Shown: positions 55,315 to 64,000, numbered from the stretch's first letter. The stretch is DNA of 64,000 nucleotides from a virus (IMGVR_UViG_3300031784_000023:7254-71253), one strand, 5' to 3'. The notes: generated by a model not told the origin, from the letters alone. A program made the numbers and translations.

Positions 55315-58290
55315 CTACCGCCCACGTAACAACTCAGATAGACCAAACTCAAGTTTGCCTGGATTCCAACGCTGGCCAGCCAACTCCAATCGCCGCTGCA
55401 ACTCAGAACGATTTTGCTGACGTTGCTGTTCGGTTCGTTGTGCCTGAGTCAAAGGACGAACTTGCGCAGTTAACGGCTGTGGACCTGTACGAGCAGGACT
55501 GGCCACGCCGGTTCGAGGCGCAGTACCAAGAGCCTGACGCAACTTAGGTACAATGCCTTCTCCAGTTTCCTGGCGCACCACTTCGTTCAGTGCCCTGGCC
55601 CCCGCAGTGCCGACCATACCTGCTCCCACGCCGGGAGCTAATACCGGTACAGCGGCCAGAGCAGCAGAATATGCAGCCGCCTGCGGCAAACTCTGCACAA
55701 ACTCCGTGCCCATTTGCTGAGCCATAGGTCCGAGCCCTTCGCGATATCCAGTTTGAATTGCCTCAGGGCTAGGAATCAAATCAGCGGCGCCAGGTAGTAA
55801 CGCCGCAGGTGTACGACGAAGTGCCCGTACGTACTCGCCGACCCCCTGCGCTGCCGCAGTAGCCGGATCCATCGAGTAATACGATTTAGCGGTCAGCGGT
55901 TCCCGCGACTGAATAACTTCAGCACGAAGAGGACGAGGATCACCTTCACGAGGATTGATAATCGCCACGCCGCCTGTAAGTGAGGGAGCCGGGCGCTCAG
56001 CCTGAAGAGGAACAATATTCCCTTCGCTGTTCATGTACAACAACTGCCGCTTCTGATCTGTCAGCGGTCCAAATCCAACAGAACGGTAAGCAGCGGCGCG
56101 ACGGTTCGGTTGCCGTCCGACAAATTCTTCCTCCCTACGCAGAATAGAACTTTCCGCAGCAGATTTACCTTGACTTTCACGTAGACGTGCAAGGTCAGTG
56201 GTTTCGATGGGGGAGTTTTCTAGCAGCATCCCAGGACGTAAGTTACGGAGTACGTTCTCCGAAATGAACCTGTTCATCTGCTCAAATACAGGAGCAGGTA
56301 TCTCCTTAGCACTATAATCAAAATCTTCAGTAGGAGTCTGTGTTTCAAAAGAAACACCAGACATCCCAGTTACAGGATTATCTTGTAAAAACTTGAGTAC
56401 GTTTTTAGAAATTTCACCACTGCCCGCTAAATCCGTACCGCCCATACGGAAACGAACAGGGGCAGCCGATGTGTGCATACGAATACCATATTCACCTGAC
56501 GGATCTAAACGAGCCTCGCCCGTAGCTGGATCGTACGAAAATCTAGCTTCAGAAGGAACTTTTTCAAGATTTGGATTCCGTAAAGCGAGAGGACCCGCCG
56601 TGGGTGACATACTTGATGTCGTAGGAGTGTTGACTAAATTTTCGAACTCATTCGCACGTTGACGGATAAGAGACATGGCGTCTTGCAATTCTTGTCCCTT
56701 CGCGTAACCGCCGCCACCTACAACAGGCATACGGCGAGAAACGGCAGGAGAAGAACCGGCTTCCAGTTCCTTGCCATAGCCCATCAGGATCAATTTATCA
56801 ATAGCTTCTTTTTGTTTAGCTGTATCACCGCTGGTGTAATCGAGCTCAATCTGAGATAAATAGGAAGGCTGCACAGCCAATTCCTTCATTGCACGGTTAT
56901 AAATATTTGAACGCGCTTCCGGCTTGGAAATTTCCTGCTCTAAATCGAGATAAGGCGCCAGTTTATCGATATCCCGTTCTACAGTAGGTTTCGGGTTGGC
57001 AATGAAACTCTGCATATAAGGACCAACCTCAGGGTATTTCTCAATAAATTTATTCAGCTGTGCTGCTTGTTCTTTGACAGCTTCCTGTCGTCCTGCTTCT
57101 CTGATGTCAAATAGTTGATTTTCTAGACCGGGGATAGCAGGCTGGGCAAACTCCTCCATAGGCCGAGCCGGAATAAGAGGATCCAGACCCGCGACAGACA
57201 TATCTAAAGTTCTCAGTGTACTGGATAAGTCAAGCCCACGCGGGTCCGCTGCGCTCAAATCTTGTTGAAGCTCATACAGTGAGTTTCGACGAGGGTCTAC
57301 CGCTAGCCTGTCGGCTCCCCTCAAGATAAATTCACGCCTTGAGGGACTGACCTGATCGAGTGGAGCAATAGCGTCGGCGACTTGTGGAAGAACTACCGAA
57401 CCTTCGATAGGGAAAGTGTTGATCGGTCCACCTGCTCCTCTAGTTTGTCTGAGCTGTCGTAACGCTTCTACTTGCTCATTGAGCTCCTGCATAGTGCGAG
57501 GAGGAGTATTTCTGATGCTTTCATACGATTCCTGGATGCGGGGGTCCACCACGCGGAGCGGTAGCCCAGGCTGAATAGTGTTGCTATTAATTCGATTAGC
57601 TAAGGGATCACGAGTGACTGCATCACTGTCCGCGTAAGCTAAAAGCGTATTACGCGCCCCTAATCCCGACTCAATAGGATAAATAATTTCATCTGCCTGT
57701 TCTAGAATATCAGCGACATTTTCTAAATTTCCAGAATAATCTACATCAAACCTATTTGTATACGGCTGCAGAAGATCATTTAGCGCTGTTCCCGCTTCCT
57801 CGCTGTAGTTAGCGTCGGATAAAAACCTTGATTCGCCCGCATAACGAAGGGTTTCACGTTGAGCGGGAGTTAGCGTCCCTGCATTTACCGCGTTTAAATA
57901 AGCATCACGCGCTGCTTCGATAGTATTGCCCGGCAGCAGACTTGTTATGTCGTTGTTTTGTTCAACGAATTGTCTGACTTTAGGATTCTCCGCCGCCATC
58001 CTGTACGCATTAAGCGTCTCATTGTCGGGATCTATATCAAAACCTTGAAACGGTAGGTAGTTAGGGAAATCTTCAACGGAAGCCATTTGCCCGGCTTCGT
58101 CTACATCCACATCGGGATATATCTGAGAAAGGGCTTCGTCCAGTTCTCCCTCAGTGAGAGCAGACTCAAATAACATATCCCGGAGAGCATTCCGGTTAAC
58201 GCGATAGTTCCGGCCTAGTTTCTCCGCCGCTTCTGGAAGACGATCAATAAGAGTACGATCCGGAAGTCGCTCAAAACCTGAAGAACTCAC
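55315..58290 (-). CDS. Large hypothetical protein (991 aa), possible internal virion protein
   Basis: Long ORF with no recognised catalytic motif. Confidence 0.7.
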   Translation of the reverse strand: MSSSGFERLPDRTLIDRLPEAAEKLGRNYRVNRNALRDMLFESALTEGELDEALSQIYPDVDVDEAGQMASVEDFPNYLPFQGFDIDPDNETLNAYRMAAENPKVRQFVEQNNDITSLLPGNTIEAARDAYLNAVNAGTLTPAQRETLRYAGESRFLSDANYSEEAGTALNDLLQPYTNRFDVDYSGNLENVADILEQADEIIYPIESGLGARNTLLAYADSDAVTRDPLANRINSNTIQPGLPLRVVDPRIQESYESIRNTPPRTMQELNEQVEALRQLRQTRGAGGPINTFPIEGSVVLPQVADAIAPLDQVSPSRREFILRGADRLAVDPRRNSLYELQQDLSAADPRGLDLSSTLRTLDMSVAGLDPLIPARPMEEFAQPAIPGLENQLFDIREAGRQEAVKEQAAQLNKFIEKYPEVGPYMQSFIANPKPTVERDIDKLAPYLDLEQEISKPEARSNIYNRAMKELAVQPSYLSQIELDYTSGDTAKQKEAIDKLILMGYGKELEAGSSPAVSRRMPVVGGGGYAKGQELQDAMSLIRQRANEFENLVNTPTTSSMSPTAGPLALRNPNLEKVPSEARFSYDPATGEARLDPSGEYGIRMHTSAAPVRFRMGGTDLAGSGEISKNVLKFLQDNPVTGMSGVSFETQTPTEDFDYSAKEIPAPVFEQMNRFISENVLRNLRPGMLLENSPIETTDLARLRESQGKSAAESSILRREEEFVGRQPNRRAAAYRSVGFGPLTDQKRQLLYMNSEGNIVPLQAERPAPSLTGGVAIINPREGDPRPLRAEVIQSREPLTAKSYYSMDPATAAAQGVGEYVRALRRTPAALLPGAADLIPSPEAIQTGYREGLGPMAQQMGTEFVQSLPQAAAYSAALAAVPVLAPGVGAGMVGTAGARALNEVVRQETGEGIVPKLRQALGTAPRTGVASPARTGPQPLTAQVRPLTQAQRTEQQRQQNRSELQRRLELAGQRWNPGKLEFGLSELLRGR

Positions 58291-58396
58291 GACACCCGAA
58301 GCGATCCTTTCTATCCATCATACCAAAATACTTAAATGCAGCAGGGTTCCGTGCCGGGTGCCGTGCTACCATAGCACTGCATCACATCAAAAGCAC

Positions 58397-58741
58397 ATGG
58401 CCAACGCAATGCTCTGCATCGAAATCTATCAGTTTAACGGAACTTGGTGCTTTACAGATCTAAAACGCGAATTAGTACACGAACCTTTTGTTCTAGGTAT
58501 TCCTGAAATCATAAACACTGTTCTGGAAAACAACTCTTTGTACGAAGACGGCAAAAATTACAGAGTCTTATTCGCGGAACAGGAATTCCCTGAGGTCCAC
58601 GGGGTGCTAAATCAAGTTCGCGAAGAGTTCAATGGCGCTTGGTACGAGTGGAACGGGGAAGAGGGGTGGCTGTGCCCCGCTACATTGGCATTTTTCGATT
58701 ATTTTCCCGCTCAAATTTATTTTCGTTTTGAAAAACTGTAG
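58397..58741 (+). CDS. Hypothetical protein
   Basis: WCFTD..REL..EPFV.G...EGWLCPA...FF. Confidence 0.7.
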   Translation: MANAMLCIEIYQFNGTWCFTDLKRELVHEPFVLGIPEIINTVLENNSLYEDGKNYRVLFAEQEFPEVHGVLNQVREEFNGAWYEWNGEEGWLCPATLAFFDYFPAQIYFRFEKL

Positions 58742-58787
58742 TTAACCTGCCCGTCTTAACATACATAAGTACTCTGACCTCCCCTTC

Positions 58788-58979
58788 GTGGCACGGGAGT
58801 GGAATACCCCTACACGCGAGCCGTGGAACGGGGTCATTAAGACAGCACTAGACGCTGTTGACCAGCACAACGCATTTTATTTCCGCTCAAACGACCATAA
58901 ACACCTAATAGCAGCCGAATTGCTACGAAGTTACGTAAAATTCCTCAAAGATTTTCTTATAGAAGCCGAAAAAGTTTGA
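58788..58979 (+). CDS. Hypothetical protein
   Basis: REWNTPTREPWN. Confidence 0.6.
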   Translation: MAREWNTPTREPWNGVIKTALDAVDQHNAFYFRSNDHKHLIAAELLRSYVKFLKDFLIEAEKV

Positions 58980-58983
58980 CCTG

Positions 58984-59011
58984 TCGCCCCACGCGGGCGA
59001 TTTTTTTTTTT
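58984..59011 (+). terminator. Rho-independent terminator
   Basis: TCGCCC-CACGC-GGGCGA followed by T11. Confidence 0.85.
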
Positions 59012-59392
59012 GTCGGGGGCCTGCCTGTATGCTGATACTAAAACTTTTACCCCCTGTTTTCCAGCAAGATTTACAAAGGGTTCTCGCCGGGGGCGACGTC
59101 AAACGCACACAATTAAAAAAAAGGGGCACATTGCGTACAGACGCGCGGGTGCGGGGGAGCTGAGTTTGTATAACGAATCAAATAGCAATCGCTATGTATT
59201 ACAAACTCCTACTCTTGTTCTATTCTTTTCACTGAGCGGGGGAGGGTACCCCCTTTAACTAAAGACAATTCAGATCGTGAAGCCGCTTGACTAAAGGGCA
59301 GACGTGGTGCTAGCGCGTGCGCCCGCGCGCTTTCCTTTAGCTAGCTAGCTGACTGTGCTTTGTGTGCTTTTGCTGACCGCTCGCTTAGGGGG

Positions 59393-59422
59393 TTGACGGG
59401 ATGCGCTGATGGGGGTTACCTT
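59393..59422 (+). promoter_or_regulatory. Putative sigma-70 early promoter
   Basis: TTGACG-18 nt-TACCTT upstream of the structured region and early genes. Confidence 0.5.
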
Positions 59423-59462
59423 TGGGTCACTGGAGGAACGGGGCGCGAGCCACGCCGCCAGG

Positions 59463-59480
59463 GCACCTGGACAACCGAAT
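59463..59480 (+). promoter_or_regulatory. boxA-like element 1
   Basis: GCACCTGGACAACCGAAT preceded by GGC-GCGA-GCC hairpin. Confidence 0.55.
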
Positions 59481-59616
59481 CAACTCTCGCGACGGCCGAA
59501 CTGGCCCCGCGCGTCTGCCGCTGATGGTAGGGAGTACTTCCCCGAAGTGTAGGCAAGGGCAGGCATGGTGTGCCGGAACGAGTGCGGCGAGAGTTGTAGT
59601 AGGTAACTAGGTGAAA

Positions 59617-59634
59617 GAACCTTGACAATCGAAT
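59617..59634 (+). promoter_or_regulatory. boxA-like element 2
   Basis: GAACCTTGACAATCGAAT preceded by TGCGGC-GAGA-GTTGTA hairpin. Confidence 0.65.
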
Positions 59635-60267
59635 AGTAAAGGCTGAATAGGCGTAGTAGGTAAAAGCCGAGAGCGGATCAATGCGTGCGGGATTGGCGGA
59701 AGAGAGCCAGCGCACCGCTCTGTTGACAAACTACAGGCATGTTGTCTGTGGGCACACTGAACCGGCCAGCCATTGTCAGACTGTAACTTGTCAGCTGGCA
59801 CCTTTAACTAGGTGACTGGTTGGCATAAAGAACTGATCAGTAGAGTCGTTCTCTACATTTAGCGACGCAACGGTATTCGTCACCGTGGCTAGTGCTAGTT
59901 ACAGAGTTCAGTTTGTCTGCCTGCAGGCTTTGTCCAGAGTAACTGTCCTTAGTGCAGGTACTCTGGACACAGTTGCGAGCGAACCTCACCCGGTCGTTGT
60001 CCGGCGATGGCGGTTCAATCCGTGCAAAGTGTAGATAAACTGTGCTCTGTAACTAACACAATGCGTTTATTTTAGTTTGGGGCAACAGTTCCTAACTGTA
60101 TTAGGGCGGAGCCTGTTAACTACTAGCTTTGTCCAGGTTAAGTATTAAGTTTGATCCGATAGGATCATTCTTGATCACAGACTAGATTCTCTCCCCCAGC
60201 CACGCGGTTAGGTGAGGGATTCTTCCCTCTTTGTTGTTAGCTGCCAGCCATGTAGCTGGTGAATGTT

Positions 60268-60585
60268 ATGGACATCAAGACCAACAATCAGCCTCGTCAA
60301 CCTATGTCAGGGCTGACCCTTTCTTTGTTTGTCGGTGACAAGCAAGCTGCCAAGATTCGCAAGCAGTTTGATTACCTAACTGACACTGAGTTCGAGGATG
60401 AATCATTCATTATGTACAAAGGTTATGTGTACGCAATGTCTGACTTCATGCGTATTGAACAGGATTCCACTGGTGATCTTGCACAGTCTGGCTGGCACGG
60501 TTACAGCTCAGACTCATTCTTTAGCGGCGTGTTAATCAAACTGTGTGATGACGGCGATGTCATCCTTGGTCGCTACTGTTCCTGA
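60268..60585 (+). CDS. Early hypothetical protein
   Basis: WHGYSSDSFFSGVLIK. Confidence 0.7.
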   Translation: MDIKTNNQPRQPMSGLTLSLFVGDKQAAKIRKQFDYLTDTEFEDESFIMYKGYVYAMSDFMRIEQDSTGDLAQSGWHGYSSDSFFSGVLIKLCDDGDVILGRYCS

Positions 60586-60616
60586 GTTCTCTAACTAACC
60601 TAATTACATTCAGATC

Positions 60617-60871
60617 ATGAACTACACTTACACAGCTTCACACTTCCCTAACAATGTCAGTTGGTATCGTGAACTTGTGCACCTTGATGGTGAAGTTGTC
60701 GGTGAGATTAGCGAACCGACCGACTCTACTTCTGCACGCAGGATCTATCGCGTGGGTAAGTATGTCCCCTTTCAAGTTGCCAATGGGTGTGTAGATCTTG
60801 TCAGCTTTGTGGCTAAGTTCGACACAGTTTCTGAATGCAAAGACTTCATCAACAACGGAGGAATCAAGTGA
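60617..60871 (+). CDS. Early hypothetical protein
   Basis: ORF track. Confidence 0.65.
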   Translation: MNYTYTASHFPNNVSWYRELVHLDGEVVGEISEPTDSTSARRIYRVGKYVPFQVANGCVDLVSFVAKFDTVSECKDFINNGGIK

Positions 60872-61074
60872 ACACTTTTACTCTCCCAACTGGCCGTCAA
60901 GTTGAGAAGAACGCCACGCACTGTGTGGCTGTTAAGACTCGCGGCCGCTGGAATCACCAGTGGTTCAAGTCTGACCGTGGCGCACAGAATGAGATCAAAC
61001 GTCTGCGCAGTTACAGTGCAGACACTGTTGCGTACTACGACATTCAAGAGTTCAAGCTTATCCGTCCCGACTGA
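60868..61074 (+). CDS. Early hypothetical protein
   Basis: GGAGGA RBS, GTGA-coupled. Confidence 0.65.
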   Translation: MNTFTLPTGRQVEKNATHCVAVKTRGRWNHQWFKSDRGAQNEIKRLRSYSADTVAYYDIQEFKLIRPD

Positions 61075-61175
61075 TTCTCTCCTGTAGCTATCCCCGGACT
61101 GCACAACAGTTCGGGTTAGTTACATGAGGGGTTCTCCCTCATTGTGTTAGCACTCACCTCTTCGTGAGGATTGTT

Positions 61176-61508
61176 ATGACTTTAACTCGCAACACCGAGA
61201 TCATTGCACCACGCGCTGTTGAGTACTTGTCAGGCGAGGAGTCTGGCTTGTTTACCTACGAAGACTTGCAGGATATTGCACTGCGTGGTTGCGCAAGGAT
61301 GGCACCAAACAAGCTCGCGTATTATCACGATACGTGGGACTTCTTCATTGAGTTTGAGGATGAAGTAGAAGACTTCTTCTACGATAAGTACGGCGACACT
61401 TGGCTAGATAAGTTCTCCAACAACAGCACAAGTGTTCGCGGCATGGTTAATCACATGGTGTGGACCTTTGTCGACTCCATTGCTAAAGAGATCACAGGAA
61501 TCAAATGA
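61176..61508 (+). CDS. Acidic early protein
   Basis: DIALRGC...YYHDTWDFFIEFEDEVEDFF. Confidence 0.7.
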   Translation: MTLTRNTEIIAPRAVEYLSGEESGLFTYEDLQDIALRGCARMAPNKLAYYHDTWDFFIEFEDEVEDFFYDKYGDTWLDKFSNNSTSVRGMVNHMVWTFVDSIAKEITGIK

Positions 61509-61559
61509 CTATCATCCCGCTAGCGCGGGGCCAACTCACACAATTACAACACCAACATC

Positions 61560-61835
61560 ATGGCACAGATTCAACACTACTGCGCACAGAATGATCGCAA
61601 CGGTAACCCTCGCCGTTGCTATGTGTTGCTAGATCACGGCAATCCTATTGCTGCGTGGGATGAACAATTCTATGGGCACGACGCTGTGCCTGGTGTGTGG
61701 CGCAACGATGCTTACCACGCCGAACGGATTAACTGCACAATCGCAAAGTACAAGCAACTACTGCGCACACTTCCTTCACCTAACTGGGCACATGATGTCC
61801 CCGGTTACTCACATCTCCGCACACTCTGTTCCTGA
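61560..61835 (+). CDS. Early hypothetical protein
   Basis: NDRNGNPRRCY. Confidence 0.7.
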   Translation: MAQIQHYCAQNDRNGNPRRCYVLLDHGNPIAAWDEQFYGHDAVPGVWRNDAYHAERINCTIAKYKQLLRTLPSPNWAHDVPGYSHLRTLCS

Positions 61836-61837
61836 CT

Positions 61838-62032
61838 ATGTACGACACTGAAATTGCACTCGATCGTGAGTTCATGCGTCGCATGATTCGAGCATACGAG
61901 CAGGATCTATTGCAGCTAGTTAATGAAACGCCTGATCATCCCGGTGGTGATTGGGCGCAGGAGCATTTACAGCTGCTGGAACTGCTGCGACAACAAACAT
62001 TCTCCCCACTCAAACAATCCATCAGATTCTGA
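61838..62032 (+). CDS. Early hypothetical protein
   Basis: ORF track. Confidence 0.6.
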   Translation: MYDTEIALDREFMRRMIRAYEQDLLQLVNETPDHPGGDWAQEHLQLLELLRQQTFSPLKQSIRF

Positions 62033-62034
62033 TC

Positions 62035-62250
62035 ATGATGTACAACCACATCCGTGAGTTTCACAAAGACCAAATCCTGCACGTTGTTAACAACTACATG
62101 ACGTCAGAGATCCGCAACCACTTGATGCGCGAATGTCCGGCCGCATACAACGCATTGTGTGGCCGTGTAGTTATCACGTCGCAGGTACAAGATACGGGCC
62201 GCAAGATCATCGAGCGCCCTACAGATGTACATCTTTCTGAATTTGATTAA
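62035..62250 (+). CDS. Early hypothetical protein
   Basis: Internal ATG of ORF 61951-62250. Confidence 0.6.
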   Translation: MMYNHIREFHKDQILHVVNNYMTSEIRNHLMRECPAAYNALCGRVVITSQVQDTGRKIIERPTDVHLSEFD

Positions 62251-62299
62251 CACCGCTGCGCGGGCCGATTCACCTAATTACAACAACATCACAAACACC

Positions 62300-62575
62300 A
62301 TGCAAGAGCCTAACCTTGTCCTACTTGATTCCCACGGTGTGTACATCCCGCAAATCTATTGTGAGGATGCAGACGAACACTGGGCTAACTGTGTCGGCGT
62401 TGATTACAAAGACGTGCTGATCTGTCAGGCTGGCCCAGATCACGAATGGTACTGGGAAGCATGGCAGAACATCTTAGACAACGCCAGCATCGTTAGCGAT
62501 GGTGTAACATGGCGGCTGCATCAGGATGGCGATCTGTGGGAAGTTCCCGACGGATACGAATGGCCTGATGCTTGA
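62300..62575 (+). CDS. Acidic early protein
   Basis: GVYIPQ...GPDHEWYWEAW...LHQDGDLW. Confidence 0.7.
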   Translation: MQEPNLVLLDSHGVYIPQIYCEDADEHWANCVGVDYKDVLICQAGPDHEWYWEAWQNILDNASIVSDGVTWRLHQDGDLWEVPDGYEWPDA

Positions 62576-62633
62576 ACCTGTCCCGCTACGCGGGGCGCCC
62601 TCACACAACACCTAGCCTTTTACCTTACTCACA

Positions 62634-62813
62634 GTGAATCACTTTCCTTACGATCTCTACAAACTCGACAGTTATTCTCTGTCTTACCACGCGCTCGCCA
62701 GGTACAAACAGATCCTGCGCGATGAAGTACTACCCTTCGATGTACTTGCCCGCATTGAAGACGACATCATCCCTGCACTCGAAGCAATTATTCTTGTGCA
62801 CGAATCTCTCTGA
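62634..62813 (+). CDS. Early hypothetical protein (59 aa, manual)
   Basis: GTG start, MNHFPYDLYKLD... Confidence 0.5.
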   Translation: MNHFPYDLYKLDSYSLSYHALARYKQILRDEVLPFDVLARIEDDIIPALEAIILVHESL

Positions 62814-62844
62814 TCTTTAACTAACCAACGACAGGACTCACATC

Positions 62845-63192
62845 ATGCGTAAGATCGAACAACAGATGTTGGACGCGATCCGCGAACGTCGCAACTGGAA
62901 GTGTGGCAACACAGAAGTAGCCGCAACAGTATTTACCCACGTCAAGAAACCAATCGACCGTGTGACTATTTATCTACACGGTCACCCTATTGCAGTAGTT
63001 ACACCCGACACAGTTACCGTATCCGATTGCGGCTGGCAGACACCTACAACGAAGAGTAGGCTAAACGCTTTGCTGCGTGACTTGTGCGGCGCTGGTGTTT
63101 ACCAGAAGGATAAGAAGTGGTATGGATACGCAATCGAAGAGACTGAGTGGTTGATTGAGAAGTATTCCCGTCACGTATTTGTTAGAGCTTAA
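62845..63192 (+). CDS. Early hypothetical protein
   Basis: MRKIEQQM...LHGHPIA...GWQTPTTKSRLNAL. Confidence 0.75.
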   Translation: MRKIEQQMLDAIRERRNWKCGNTEVAATVFTHVKKPIDRVTIYLHGHPIAVVTPDTVTVSDCGWQTPTTKSRLNALLRDLCGAGVYQKDKKWYGYAIEETEWLIEKYSRHVFVRA

Positions 63193-63398
63193 CCAAACAA
63201 GGAGCTGATACCTAACCCAGCCAACCCGCCTAACAGTTCTGGTTTGTTAATGCCAGGCGCGGATTCTCCACCGGGTCCGATACCTGGCACACCAGCAAGT
63301 GACCCGGCGACACCTAAAGGCATCCGCCCAACTAAACCGAACGGGCCGATGTTTTCGTCGATGTACTTGCTAAGAAACTGAGCAGCTAACTGTTCCAC
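63189..63398 (-). CDS. Gly-rich hypothetical protein
   Basis: Lone antisense ORF with AGGT RBS. Confidence 0.45.
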   Translation of the reverse strand: MEQLAAQFLSKYIDENIGPFGLVGRMPLGVAGSLAGVPGIGPGGESAPGINKPELLGGLAGLGISSLFG

Positions 63399-63428
63399 TT
63401 CAACCTGAACCTTTGCCTAAGTCTAACA

Positions 63429-63596
63429 ATGCCTTACTACATTCAACGGCGAGACGACACCAACACTGTCGAAACAGTCGACGAGATCACAGACTCAAAG
63501 GAAGCTTATCGTGTGGCTCGTGAGTATGGCTTAGCCGATCCCACGGCCCGTTACTACATAGCGAAGAAACCCTGTAAGGCATGGCTTGAGAGTTAA
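63429..63596 (+). CDS. Early hypothetical protein (55 aa, manual)
   Basis: MPYYIQRR...ETVDE...EY...YYIAKKPCKAW. Confidence 0.6.
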   Translation: MPYYIQRRDDTNTVETVDEITDSKEAYRVAREYGLADPTARYYIAKKPCKAWLES

Positions 63597-63643
63597 TGCC
63601 TCTCCCGCTTCGCGGGGCCGCCGCATAATTTATCAACACAAAC

Positions 63644-63961
63644 ATGAAACGTCTTTTCGCGTTAATTCCTTTCATTGTCTTGTCTCCGATGCAAGCACGA
63701 ACTGTAAATGCCACTGTGTACCATGAGTGGTATCACAATCGCACAACTTACTGCGGACAAACGTATCAACATTGGGGATTGTCGGCGGCACATCCTTGGT
63801 TGCCTTGCGGCACAAGAGTCAGAGTTACTCACGGAAGCAGATCTCTAACTGTGCCCATAACGGATCGTTGCGATTGCAACTCGATTGATTTATCCGCCGG
63901 CGCTGCCTATCGGTTAGGCATACCGCTTGATGACACAAGGAGGGTACGTATAAGTTATTGA
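63644..63961 (+). CDS. RlpA-like double-psi beta-barrel lytic transglycosylase with signal peptide
   Basis: SAAHPWLPCGTRVRVT...ITDR...IDLS. Confidence 0.85.
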   Translation: MKRLFALIPFIVLSPMQARTVNATVYHEWYHNRTTYCGQTYQHWGLSAAHPWLPCGTRVRVTHGSRSLTVPITDRCDCNSIDLSAGAAYRLGIPLDDTRRVRISY

Positions 63962-64000
63962 TCTGAGCAACCTACAAATCTTCTCGATTCATCTGATGAT

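Larger units (their letters stand above)
59429..60250 (+). ncRNA. Candidate large structured RNA / early leader
   Basis: Numerous nested helices with G.U pairs on the + strand; no credible ORF. Confidence 0.6.
61515..63619. repeat. Four dispersed intergenic hairpins CCGC-T(N)NC-GCGG
   Basis: 61515-61532, 62252-62266, 62581-62597, 63603-63619. Confidence 0.8.

Noticed and set aside
55315-58290. Virion RNA polymerase
   Set aside because: No single-subunit or multi-subunit RNAP catalytic motifs recognised, and it is much shorter than N4 vRNAP.
59010-59801. Short ORFs in the 59-60 kb region
   Set aside because: Overlapping, atypical composition and no convincing starts; better explained as non-coding structured sequence.
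60008-60025. tRNA or tmRNA from GGTTCAATCC
   Set aside because: The loop is one base short of a T-loop and no acceptor stem, D arm or tag ORF could be built.

Overview
A 64-kb segment of a tailed dsDNA phage, most likely a cyanophage. The host is inferred from an NblA-like gene, cyanobacterial rrn-type boxA motifs and small ORFs of types common in cyanophages. Bases 1-44 kb and 52.3-58.3 kb carry mostly minus-strand late genes: lysozyme, two tailspikes, tail-fibre-like proteins, a virion lysin, major capsid protein, scaffold, portal, large terminase and low-complexity putative internal virion proteins. These are interspersed with glycosyltransferases, a GH130-like protein and sugar-type methyltransferases. 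The capsid gene is split by a 995-nt group I intron encoding a LAGLIDADG endonuclease, and TerL carries a Pro-initiated, class-3-like intein in its Walker A motif. Bases 44-52 kb hold tRNA-Leu(UAA) and an array of paralogous small ORFs. Bases 59-64 kb look like the start of the early region: a promoter, two boxB/boxA-like elements, a roughly 800-nt highly base-paired non-coding stretch, then small genes separated by repeated C(GNA)G DNA-hairpin elements. All assignments come from motif reading by eye; no database search was run.
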